64,000 nucleotides of DNA from Thermoanaerobaculia bacterium (GTDB taxonomy: Bacteria > Acidobacteriota > Thermoanaerobaculia > Gp7-AA8): NCBI GenBank assembly GCA_036261885.1, contig DATAJY010000015.1, positions 274,877-338,876 of the forward strand, read 5' to 3'. A model generated the notes under the pieces. That model had not been told where the DNA came from, ran no database searches, and saw only the letters and a program-made list of their open reading frames with translations. Made by a program: the position numbers and the translations under genes. Shown here piece after piece: positions 46,020-54,828 of the stretch; position 1 is the first letter of the stretch, and the number at the start of each line of letters is the position of its first letter.

Positions 46020-46463
46020 ATGGCGTCTTCGATGGGCAATCTCTTCCATTCGTCGCGGCTGCGCTGGATCGCGGAGCGCGCGACCACCGCGGTGTTGGTG
46101 CTCGGTACGCTGGCGCTGCTCGTCTGGCCGCGCTCGGTCGAGCGCATCACCGGCGTGCGCGAATCGTCGCCGCTCGCCTCGCCGGACGATCTGCCGGCGC
46201 TTTCGAAAGACGACGCCACTCCATTTTTCCAGTCGCGCAATCAGGTGGAGATCCGTGTGGCGGAAGCGACGACGCTGCGGCAGTTCCTCGATCGCAATCG
46301 ACTGAACAAGCCGTACCAGCGTCAACAGATCACCGCCCAGCTCGGCAACACGAGTCCCGATGCGCCGATCGCGGCCGGCACCGTGTTCCGCTTGTCGCTC
46401 ACGCCGGTGGCGGTCGACGTGCCGGGCGCACGTCCGGCCACCGCCGCCGAGGAACAGCCGTGA
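46020..46463 (+). CDS. Small membrane-anchored protein (147 aa), first gene of the GTPase/SEDS/PBP operon
   Basis: TM helix AVLVLGTLALLVW. Its stop overlaps the next start (TGATG at 46461-46465). Confidence 0.55.
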   Translation: MASSMGNLFHSSRLRWIAERATTAVLVLGTLALLVWPRSVERITGVRESSPLASPDDLPALSKDDATPFFQSRNQVEIRVAEATTLRQFLDRNRLNKPYQRQQITAQLGNTSPDAPIAAGTVFRLSLTPVAVDVPGARPATAAEEQP

Positions 46464-47509
46464 TGCGGTTCCTCTGCAAGGACTGCTGGCTTTCGCACAG
46501 CGAAGAGACGCTGCTGGCGCGCTGCAAACGCTGCGAGGCGAACACGCGCATCCAGCGTTTCGAGCCGCTCAGTGCGAAAGCCGGTCGCGGCGTGGCGCGC
46601 GGGCCGCTGGTCTGCAGGATTCATCCGACCGAGCCGCTCGACATCTTCTGCGGCGATTGCGAGCGCGCGGTGCCGCCGCGCACGATCATCGGCGATCGCA
46701 GCATCGTGGCCATCCTCGGCGATACGGCTTCGGGAAAAACGTCGTATCTCTGGATCCTCAGCGAACAACTTCGCCGCGCGCACGACGGCATCTTCATTCG
46801 CCAGGCCCTCGGCGATTCGGACGAGCAGCTTGCGAAAGCGGCGCGCGCGATCTTCGAGCGCGGTCGCATGTCGGCGACCGAGCCGACCGACGCGGACGTT
46901 CGCAATTACGCGTGGGAGCTCGCTCTCGGCGAGCGCGCCACGACCGTGATCGCCTTTCACGACGCCGCGGGCGAGGTGTGGAACGAGCTCTCCGGACTCT
47001 CGCGCACCACCTACGATCGCTTCTATCGCTATCTCGATCTGGTCGGCAGCCTGATCTTCGCCATCGATGGCGCGCACGTCGCCGCGGCGCTCGATGCCGA
47101 GGCGCGTCGTGGTGTCACGCCGCCGCTCTCGCGGGAAGCGCAGGTACACGAGCTGGCCATCGTCGATGCCGTGGCACGGCGGTTTCGCGCGCGCGGCGAG
47201 CGCATTCCGGTCGCCGCGGTGCTGACCAAGGGCGACGTGCTGTGGGACCGCGACGACTATCAATGCTTTCGCCCCGACAGCGATGCGGACGGCGAGACGA
47301 TCGGCCGTGCGGTGCGCGAGTTGATGAACAGATCGGGACGCGTGGCGCTCGTGCGTGCGCTCGAAGAAACGTTCGCGCCGGTGACCTGGTTCGCGATCTC
47401 CGCGTTCGGTCATTCGGTGAGCGAGCCGCTGCGGATCGAAGACGTGCGGCCGTCGCGTGTCGCCGATCCGCTGCTGGCCCTGCTCGGCAATCTCGTCACG
47501 CGGACCTAG
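46463..47509 (+). CDS. Zinc-ribbon small GTPase (paralog 1)
   Basis: 348 aa. N-terminal CxxC...CxxC (CKDCWLS...CKRCEAN) plus a second Cys cluster (FCGDCERA). G1 ILGDTASGKTS. G3 VIAFHDAAGE. G4 LTKGD. Confidence 0.8.
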   Translation: MRFLCKDCWLSHSEETLLARCKRCEANTRIQRFEPLSAKAGRGVARGPLVCRIHPTEPLDIFCGDCERAVPPRTIIGDRSIVAILGDTASGKTSYLWILSEQLRRAHDGIFIRQALGDSDEQLAKAARAIFERGRMSATEPTDADVRNYAWELALGERATTVIAFHDAAGEVWNELSGLSRTTYDRFYRYLDLVGSLIFAIDGAHVAAALDAEARRGVTPPLSREAQVHELAIVDAVARRFRARGERIPVAAVLTKGDVLWDRDDYQCFRPDSDADGETIGRAVRELMNRSGRVALVRALEETFAPVTWFAISAFGHSVSEPLRIEDVRPSRVADPLLALLGNLVTRT

Positions 47510-47511
47510 CG

Positions 47512-49212
47512 ATGGCCGACGCCGAGATCCTGCATCGCCTCTACACGAACGCCGCCGAGGAAGGGGCTTTCGATGGCGCGCGCGGGCGGGTGGTGGAGGT
47601 GGAGGAGCGTGATGCATCGCGCGTCGTTCCGCCCGATGTATTGGCCGCGCTCGACGATCTGTTGCGCAAGACCTCGCCGTCGTCGACGCAGACCGGCTGG
47701 GCGGTGCGGCGTTTCGCGAAAGGAAATCAGTCGTACGCGTGCGTCATCACGTCGTATCCCGATCTCGTCGATGCCGCGGACGGTCGCGCCGGCATGCTCA
47801 ATCACGCCCGGCTCATCGTCGTCGATGCACCGTCGTTCGATGTCTCGGCCCTGATCGAAGTGGCGGATGATTTTCCGATCGCCGACGTCTGCGCCGTTCC
47901 TTCGACGCGACGGTTGCGCGCGTATTTGAATGAAATCGCCAATGAATCGGGAGTGCTCGTGCGTCCGGTCTCGCTGAGCGAGCTGCAGCAGGAGCCGCGT
48001 GACCTGCTCGCCGACGTGCTCCTCGGCTGTCTGGCCGCGCTTGGACGTCGCGAGCATGTGCCGATGTCGATCGCGGACGCGCGTGCCATCGCGGTGGCCC
48101 GCGCGTGGGCCGCGCTGCCGCTCGCCACGCAGCGCACGAGCTCGTGGGCCGTCGGCGTGAAGGAGAGCTGTCCCGTCGACGTGATTTTCTCGACCTCGCA
48201 CGGCCAGGCGCCGGTGCATACGGGCTCGAAGGCGCTCGTCGATTGCGTGAAGCAGTACGTGCACCTCTTGCACGCCGCCCCCGAAACGGTGAACGCGATG
48301 CTCACCAACGCGTCGCTCTCCGACAAGACCGCGTTCGCGGCCGCGGTGCAGCGCGCCGCGATCGCTCCCGAAGTGTCGTCGATGGCAGGAAGGGAAGAGA
48401 TGACGAAAAAGGAACGGGCCACGAAGGCGGAGACGCGCGAGCCGCGCACCGAATGGCAACCGCTCGATGCCGACGTGCGCGCGGAGCTGAATCGCCAGTT
48501 CAAGGCGATGGAGGAGGTGCTGCGCCGCACGATCGACGAGCGGCTGGCGGCGTTCGAGGCAAAGCAGCGCGCGCAGGCGCCGTCGCGCAACGAACGGGCG
48601 ACGCTGGCGGGCTCGCTGCTGCCGGTCTGGATCACCGCCGGCATCTTCGTGCTCGCGGCGCTGGCGTGGCTCGGCTACCGTACGTTCGGTCCGCGAAATG
48701 AGCCCGCGCAGCGGCCGTCGTCGTACACGGAGCGCGAGCGTTACGAGGTGAGCGAGCCGGAGCCGAGCACCACGAACGAAGCGCCGCCGTTGAATCCCGT
48801 GCAGTCCGCGATCGCGCGGGCCGAGTCGACGCCGAGTCTCTGGCCCGATGAATTCAAGGCCCTGCTCGAGAACGATCGGGACTTCGTCGCCGGCGCCGTC
48901 AGCGCCGTCGCCGCTCGCGATGAAGTGCCGCGCGATGCGAAAGCCGCGCTCGCGAACTTCGCCACGCGCATCGCCCGCGGCGAGGATCTGCAGGCGGCCG
49001 GCCGCGAGAAATTGCGCGCGCTGCTGCTCGACTGTCTGGCCTCGGACGTCGACGGTGCAAAGGTGAAGATCGACGGCAAGCTCAATGACGTCGCGCCGTA
49101 TCTCGACGCGTTGAAGAAGCGCTATCGCACGAGCAGCACCAGCGATGACGCGACGCAGATGTCGCTGCAGAGCGAGCTCCTCCTGCGCTGGTTGTCGGAG
49201 CGCGAGCGATGA
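47512..49212 (+). CDS. Bitopic protein (566 aa): N-terminal possible roadblock/LC7-like domain, central TM, Ala/Glu/Arg-rich helical C-terminal region
   Basis: ATG at 47512, 3 nt after the upstream stop. TM LLPVWITAGIFVLAALAWLGY. The N-terminal ~120 aa have an alternating beta/alpha pattern (GRVVEV...ACVITSY...ARLIVVDAP). The roadblock assignment is tentative. Confidence 0.65.
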   Translation: MADAEILHRLYTNAAEEGAFDGARGRVVEVEERDASRVVPPDVLAALDDLLRKTSPSSTQTGWAVRRFAKGNQSYACVITSYPDLVDAADGRAGMLNHARLIVVDAPSFDVSALIEVADDFPIADVCAVPSTRRLRAYLNEIANESGVLVRPVSLSELQQEPRDLLADVLLGCLAALGRREHVPMSIADARAIAVARAWAALPLATQRTSSWAVGVKESCPVDVIFSTSHGQAPVHTGSKALVDCVKQYVHLLHAAPETVNAMLTNASLSDKTAFAAAVQRAAIAPEVSSMAGREEMTKKERATKAETREPRTEWQPLDADVRAELNRQFKAMEEVLRRTIDERLAAFEAKQRAQAPSRNERATLAGSLLPVWITAGIFVLAALAWLGYRTFGPRNEPAQRPSSYTERERYEVSEPEPSTTNEAPPLNPVQSAIARAESTPSLWPDEFKALLENDRDFVAGAVSAVAARDEVPRDAKAALANFATRIARGEDLQAAGREKLRALLLDCLASDVDGAKVKIDGKLNDVAPYLDALKKRYRTSSTSDDATQMSLQSELLLRWLSERER

Positions 49213-51938
49213 CGTTGTACCGGATCGAGCACGCGCTGGTGATGGACACCGACGACGTGCCGGGCCGCGGCGGCTACGCCGTGACCGGCATCTCGCCTCG
49301 CGTCTCGCCGGCCGAGCGCTCGTTCATCGCCGGCAACTTCGGCATCAGCGATTACCTGCACGATCCGAAAACCGAGAACCGCATTTTCTATGCGGTGTTC
49401 CGCATTCCCGGCGGCCGTCGCGCGTTCGTGCGCCGCTTCGCGCGCGGTACGGAGCTGCGCCGCAACAACACGCAGCGCCGCCTCGTCGTGCATACGCTGC
49501 TGCTCGATGACGACGTCTGGCAGGAACTGCACGCGTTGCCGTGGCTGCTGCTCAACGCGAGCGTACGACTCGAAGGCGCAACGTCGTGGGATCGTCTGCG
49601 TGCCGACGTTCCGTGGACCGATGACGGCTCGACGCTGCCGGCGCTCGAATGGGACAGCAGCGACGGAGCGGCCGCGAATGCCTGGAAGCGTCTCACCGAT
49701 CGCCTCGGCCTCATCGAGCATGGCGAGCCGCGCGATCTCATCGCGCGCATCCTCACCGCGATGTCGGCGCGCGCCCGCGTCGCGCTGCCGCAGGATGCCG
49801 GCTGGGAGTGGGCCACGATGCTGGCGTGGTCGATGTTGCCGCGCCACGACCGCGATGACCTCGGCTGGACGCAGCACGATTCGATGAATCTCACCGGCAT
49901 CGCGTTCGCGCTCGCCAACGTGCCGGGCGGAGACTTTCACGCATCGCAGGTGCAGCCGGCGAATTTCGCGCACGAGCTCGTGCAGATGAATGTCGAGTCC
50001 GAACGCTCGTGGCTCGATCTGCAGGGCCGCACGTCGCGGCACCCGTTGAGCGTGCGCCACGCCGGCGATCTCGAAAAGTGGGGGAAGTGGCGCAACGCGC
50101 TCCTCGATCTGCACACGCACATCCGCGGCTCGGAAGATGAAGTGGTGCGCTACATGCGCAAGCTCGCGCTGACCGTGAAGGCGAATCCGCGCGCGACGTG
50201 GATCGACGCCGAGGAAGTGCTGCGGCTGGTGTGGTCGAACGTGGCTCAGGACATTCGCGGCGGCGACGCCGTGGCGGTGACGCGGTGGGGACAGCGGCTG
50301 CGCGAAAGCGGGCTGGCCGACGTCGTCTTCGGCGCCGTGCCCGCGAAACACTGGCTCAACGCGGCGGCGAACGACATCGGCAGCGATGCCCTCGTCTGGT
50401 TCTTTCTCAGCGGCGGCGGCGAAGACGAGTCGGCGCGCGGCGCGCGTGCGGCCATCGCCGAATGGCTCGTCGAGACGCGCCTGCACGGCGTCACACCTGA
50501 GCGCGCCACGATGCTGGCGCAGCTGTTGTCGAACGATTACGCGCGGCCGCTCGTGCCGCTGCTCGAACAGTTGCTGGCCACACCCGAAGGGCTGGCCGCG
50601 CTCATCGAGTCCCTCGGCCGTCGCGAGCACGGCGGCCTGGAACTGCTGCATGCCGCGGCGCCGATCGTCGTTGCACGCGCGCATCCGAACGCGCGGGAGT
50701 TTCTGCGCGATCTCTTCGTGCCCCGCTTCGAGCGCACGCGCATCGACGCGAAGCTGGCCCGCGCCATCGCCCTGCTCGTTCGCGACGATGCCGCCACGCT
50801 GCTGCAGTTTCTCGCGCGCGTGCCGACCGACGTCGCCGGTCCGGTGGCGATGTCGCTCGCGCAGGCGGGGCAGCCGGCCAGCGTCTGGCTCGACGTGCTG
50901 TTGCGCATGGCGAAGTCGATCGACGAAGAGAACGACGCCGGCGGCGCGCGCGACTTCGCCGAGATGATGCGCGCGCTCACCGCACGCGAGCCGCTGCTCG
51001 ACGGCGCGATGTCGCGATTCATCGACTTCGTCGCGACCGAACGCCCGCGCGCCCGCGAGTCGATGCGGTCCATCGTCGCGTTGCTGCGCCCCGTCTGGCC
51101 GCAGGGCGGCAGCAAATTCGGGGCCGCGTTGATCGCGCTTCTGCAGCGGGCGCCGAATGCCATCGCGTGGGAAGAGCTCGTCGTCGCGTACGCGAACGAA
51201 CAACGCGCGAAACGGCCCGACGACGTGTCGGAGCTCGCCTCGGTCTGGTGGTGTCTCGTCGAGCCGGATCTGGCCACGCGGAGCGGCGCGCTGCTCGACG
51301 TCATCCGCGGCGACGGCCTTCGCCGTCTCACGGCGCACTGGTCGAAGAAGGTCGGCACGCTGTCGCCGTCTCCCGTGGCCGACAAGCTGCTGGCGCTGGT
51401 GCAGCATCACTCCGATTCGTTCGAGGTCGAGCGCGATCTCGCCTCGCGCGACGTCCGGCACGGCGTGGCGAACGTGCAGACGCTCAATCGTCTCGAGGCC
51501 GCGCTGGCGCGTGTCCATGCAGCGAAAGGATCGCGCCTGTTCGTCGACGACGCACGCGTGTTTCTCGGAGACGGACCGGCCACGCGCGCGGTGCGGCTGC
51601 TGAAAGTGCTTTCGTCCGACGACGTCCATCCGACTGTCCGTCTGGCGTTCCTGCAGCATCTCCTTCCCGAGGTACTGGCGTCACTCCGGAAGGGAGACTT
51701 CGAGGAAGTGAAGCAGCAGACGCGCGAGGAAGATCTGCTCGGACTCGGGGTGGTCGTGCGGCTCGCGTACGCCGTCGGGGCGCGCGCGAGCGGCAGTACG
51801 AGCGCCGGCTTCGAGGCGGTGTGGGTGCGCAACAAACGCAGCGATGCGCTCGATGCATTGCAGGCCGGACGCGCCACGCGCGGTCCGCTGCGCTGGCTCA
51901 CGAGCAGGATGAGGAGCGATGGCCCGGTACAGATGTGA
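49209..51938 (+). CDS. Large (909 aa) predominantly alpha-helical (ARM/HEAT-like) hypothetical protein
   Basis: ATGA overlap with the upstream stop. Leu/Ala/Arg-rich helical repeat composition across ~800 aa. No catalytic motif recognised. Confidence 0.65.
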   Translation: MTLYRIEHALVMDTDDVPGRGGYAVTGISPRVSPAERSFIAGNFGISDYLHDPKTENRIFYAVFRIPGGRRAFVRRFARGTELRRNNTQRRLVVHTLLLDDDVWQELHALPWLLLNASVRLEGATSWDRLRADVPWTDDGSTLPALEWDSSDGAAANAWKRLTDRLGLIEHGEPRDLIARILTAMSARARVALPQDAGWEWATMLAWSMLPRHDRDDLGWTQHDSMNLTGIAFALANVPGGDFHASQVQPANFAHELVQMNVESERSWLDLQGRTSRHPLSVRHAGDLEKWGKWRNALLDLHTHIRGSEDEVVRYMRKLALTVKANPRATWIDAEEVLRLVWSNVAQDIRGGDAVAVTRWGQRLRESGLADVVFGAVPAKHWLNAAANDIGSDALVWFFLSGGGEDESARGARAAIAEWLVETRLHGVTPERATMLAQLLSNDYARPLVPLLEQLLATPEGLAALIESLGRREHGGLELLHAAAPIVVARAHPNAREFLRDLFVPRFERTRIDAKLARAIALLVRDDAATLLQFLARVPTDVAGPVAMSLAQAGQPASVWLDVLLRMAKSIDEENDAGGARDFAEMMRALTAREPLLDGAMSRFIDFVATERPRARESMRSIVALLRPVWPQGGSKFGAALIALLQRAPNAIAWEELVVAYANEQRAKRPDDVSELASVWWCLVEPDLATRSGALLDVIRGDGLRRLTAHWSKKVGTLSPSPVADKLLALVQHHSDSFEVERDLASRDVRHGVANVQTLNRLEAALARVHAAKGSRLFVDDARVFLGDGPATRAVRLLKVLSSDDVHPTVRLAFLQHLLPEVLASLRKGDFEEVKQQTREEDLLGLGVVVRLAYAVGARASGSTSAGFEAVWVRNKRSDALDALQAGRATRGPLRWLTSRMRSDGPVQM

Positions 51939-53016
51939 GAACTGCAACGAGCTCCGCGACGCGGCGATCTGCCCGAAGTGCGGCGCCGACACGCATCGTC
52001 TCGACGAGCAGGCGAGGGACGATCGCAGCACGCCGTCGCTCGACGATCTCGCGTCGCGCGTGAGTCAGCGCGCCGCGGCCACGGAAGCGCCGAAGCCGGC
52101 GCCCGCGCCGCTGCCGGCCGCGCCGCCGCCGGCTCCCGCGGCGCAGCCGCATTCGCAGGCCGTGCCGCCGAGCACGATCATCGGTCTCGACGAATTCCAC
52201 GCGCTGCTCGATCGCGGCACCGAGGCGGTGATCATCTGCGGCGCCGCGCAGACGGGCAAATCGGAGATCGCGGCCGGATACATCCGCGCGAACACGGTCT
52301 ATCGCGGCAAGGCGCAGAACCTCACGTTGCGCGCGGTACTGCGCACCGATTACGCGCTCGGCGGCACCGCGCCCGACGAAGTCTGGTACCAGATCATCGA
52401 CGACAAGAAAGCGTTTCTCGATCCCTCGGGCGAGTTCTTTCGCCGTCTCTCGCCCGATGAGCGAATCCGCTACGGGCTGCCCGATGTGACCGAGGAGAAC
52501 TTTCAGTTCGTGCAGCGCGCGGTGAGCAGACTGGCCGGCATCGTCGTCGTCGTCGATCTCACCTCCGCGATCGATCCGCGCGCCTCGGCGCCGTGGCGCC
52601 GGCAGGAAGACGATCTGAAGTTCGTCCTCTCCGCGCTGCGCTGGCTGCGCTGGGATCACACGGCCCGCCCTGATGCGATCGGGCTGTCGACGAACATCGC
52701 GCAACGGGTGTCGATGTTTCCTCGTATCGACAAGCGGGTGCTCGTGCTTTTCTCGAAAGCGGATCAACTGCCGAAATACACGAATCAGACGCCGCTCGAC
52801 TTCGCGCGGCAGCGGCTGCCGGTGCTCCACGCCGCGCTGATGACGCACGCGAAGCGCTTTCGCTACGACTTCTGCAACACGATGATCAAGACCGAGAGCG
52901 GTGATCAGGCCGTCGATCCTTGCGGCGTGTTGCTGCCGGTGAACTGGCTGCTCGATGACTCGTTCGACTGGCTGCCGCTGCAACTGCCGACGAGCCTCAT
53001 CGGAGGCGGACAGTGA
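51919..53016 (+). CDS. Zinc-ribbon small GTPase (paralog 2)
   Basis: 365 aa. MARYRCENCNELRDAAICPKCGAD zinc ribbon. G1 IICGAAQTGKSE. G3 FLDPSGE. G4 FSKAD. 20-nt overlap with the upstream gene. Confidence 0.8.
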   Translation: MARYRCENCNELRDAAICPKCGADTHRLDEQARDDRSTPSLDDLASRVSQRAAATEAPKPAPAPLPAAPPPAPAAQPHSQAVPPSTIIGLDEFHALLDRGTEAVIICGAAQTGKSEIAAGYIRANTVYRGKAQNLTLRAVLRTDYALGGTAPDEVWYQIIDDKKAFLDPSGEFFRRLSPDERIRYGLPDVTEENFQFVQRAVSRLAGIVVVVDLTSAIDPRASAPWRRQEDDLKFVLSALRWLRWDHTARPDAIGLSTNIAQRVSMFPRIDKRVLVLFSKADQLPKYTNQTPLDFARQRLPVLHAALMTHAKRFRYDFCNTMIKTESGDQAVDPCGVLLPVNWLLDDSFDWLPLQLPTSLIGGGQ

Positions 53017-54821
53017 AATCGAAGGGGAAGCGGCAACTGCAATCTCCCGATCGCGTGTGGTTCCGCGCCGCGCTCGCGGGCACGGTCCTTCTCGCCGCGT
53101 CGCTGGCGTGGTGGTTCTACGCGCATCAGGTCTCGAAGCGGAGCATCGAAGGGGCGCTCACCGCCGGCGCGCGCGAAGAGCTGGCCGCGTTGCCGGTGCC
53201 GGCGATCCGGACCGCGGAAGTGGAACGCTCGTGGGTCGCGGAAGGATTTTCGAGCGAGTCGCTCGTCGCGCCGGTCGGGCCGATGCCGTGTGCCGGTGTC
53301 GTCGACGCCGTGGCCCCGGCCGATCAGAACGTTCTGCGCGAAGCGCTGGCCGCCGCCGCGCAGCCGGATGCCGACGTGCGCATCGAACAGCTGGCGTCGA
53401 TCCACGACGGCGCGCCGCGCAACCTTCTGGTTGCGCAAATGCTCGGCACCGCGCTGGTCGAGGAAGGGCGCTATCCGGAGGGGGAGAGCGTGCTCACCCG
53501 TGGGCTCGAGCAATCGGGTGAGGACGAGACCATCATCCGCGCCGCGCGCGTCAACACGCAGCTCGATCTCGACGATCTCTCCGTCTCGACCGTCATTCAC
53601 CTGCACCACGCCCTCGGCGTCGCGCGGCTCTCGCAGTCGTCCGCCGAGCCGCCGTGGGTCTCGCTCAAGAACGTCATCGGCTCGGTGAAGCCGCTCGCGA
53701 AACGGCGGCTGCTCGGCACGACGCGCGGCCAGCCGGCGTGGAGCCGTCTGCTCATCGCCGCGCCCGGCTGCGCACCGAATGCGTCCCCGCGCGCGCTGTC
53801 GACGTACGACCTCTTCAACAACCTCGTGGTCGGCTACATGCGCGGCACGTTCACCGGCACGAATCGCGATCGCGACCGCGAGTTCTCACGGCCGCGCAAG
53901 AACTATCCGGGCGCGATCCACAAACTCCTGCTCGTCCAGGTCGGACGTGCGAAGGCGAACGACTGGGCCAATGAGGCGCAGCTCTGGGCACTCTCCAACG
54001 TCGAGCAGATCATCGACTGGCGCATGCCCGACGACGCGCGGCTCGCGTTCAATTCCGTGCAGGTCATCGACTGGTGGACCGCGCCGGAACGCTGTCCCGC
54101 CGATGCCTGCACGCCGCAGCTGCTCGGCGAGATCAATAAGGTTCGCGATCAACTCGTCGAGCAGGTGTTCCGGCGCCGCAACGTCGATGAAGAACAGCGC
54201 GGCGCATTCGCTCGCGGTGCCGTGCGACTGCTCGCCACCTCTTCGCTCGATCGCTCGCGCATCGCCGATGCCGCGACCGCGATTCGCGAGTGGCTGCCGC
54301 CCGCGGAACGCCGCACGCTCGACGATCTGCTGAACGCCGATGCCGCGCGCCGCGCCATGCCGCGCCATCTCTTCGCGCCGCAAGCGGCGGACGCGCCGAA
54401 CGCGGATGACGCGCCGCCGCCGGCCGAGCCGCCGTACGCGAAGCTCGGCGCGCGCGCCGACAAATGGCGCGCCGCGGCATTGACGGATGTCGCCGCCATG
54501 GCCGCGAAATGGGCCTCGCAGCGTCCGCCCGCGGAACAGCGCGCCGCGCTCGTGGCCATCCGCCAGCTGCTCGGCGGCGCGGAGGCGCCGCCGGAACTGC
54601 TGCAGCTCGAACGGCAACGCTCGTTCTTCGACCGGCTGCGGTTGCGCATCGTCGCGTCGAAGGCGTACTGGGCTTTCCTGGCGATCGTTCTCGGCCTCTC
54701 GATCTGGTTCGTATTGCTTTGGATTCTCGTGCATGTGCGCGAGGCGCGGCTGCTGCGCGTGTCGCTCTACAACGTCGAACACGAGTACCTCGCGGGGATC
54801 GAGCGCGACCCGCGCCGCTGA
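53013..54821 (+). CDS. Membrane-associated helical protein (602 aa) with N- and C-terminal TM segments
   Basis: GTG start overlapping the upstream stop. TM AALAGTVLLAASLAWWFY. C-terminal TM AYWAFLAIVLGLSIWFVLLWILVHV. The central region is helical and repeat-like. Confidence 0.65.
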   Translation: MKSKGKRQLQSPDRVWFRAALAGTVLLAASLAWWFYAHQVSKRSIEGALTAGAREELAALPVPAIRTAEVERSWVAEGFSSESLVAPVGPMPCAGVVDAVAPADQNVLREALAAAAQPDADVRIEQLASIHDGAPRNLLVAQMLGTALVEEGRYPEGESVLTRGLEQSGEDETIIRAARVNTQLDLDDLSVSTVIHLHHALGVARLSQSSAEPPWVSLKNVIGSVKPLAKRRLLGTTRGQPAWSRLLIAAPGCAPNASPRALSTYDLFNNLVVGYMRGTFTGTNRDRDREFSRPRKNYPGAIHKLLLVQVGRAKANDWANEAQLWALSNVEQIIDWRMPDDARLAFNSVQVIDWWTAPERCPADACTPQLLGEINKVRDQLVEQVFRRRNVDEEQRGAFARGAVRLLATSSLDRSRIADAATAIREWLPPAERRTLDDLLNADAARRAMPRHLFAPQAADAPNADDAPPPAEPPYAKLGARADKWRAAALTDVAAMAAKWASQRPPAEQRAALVAIRQLLGGAEAPPELLQLERQRSFFDRLRLRIVASKAYWAFLAIVLGLSIWFVLLWILVHVREARLLRVSLYNVEHEYLAGIERDPRR

Positions 54822-54828
54822 CGGAGAA

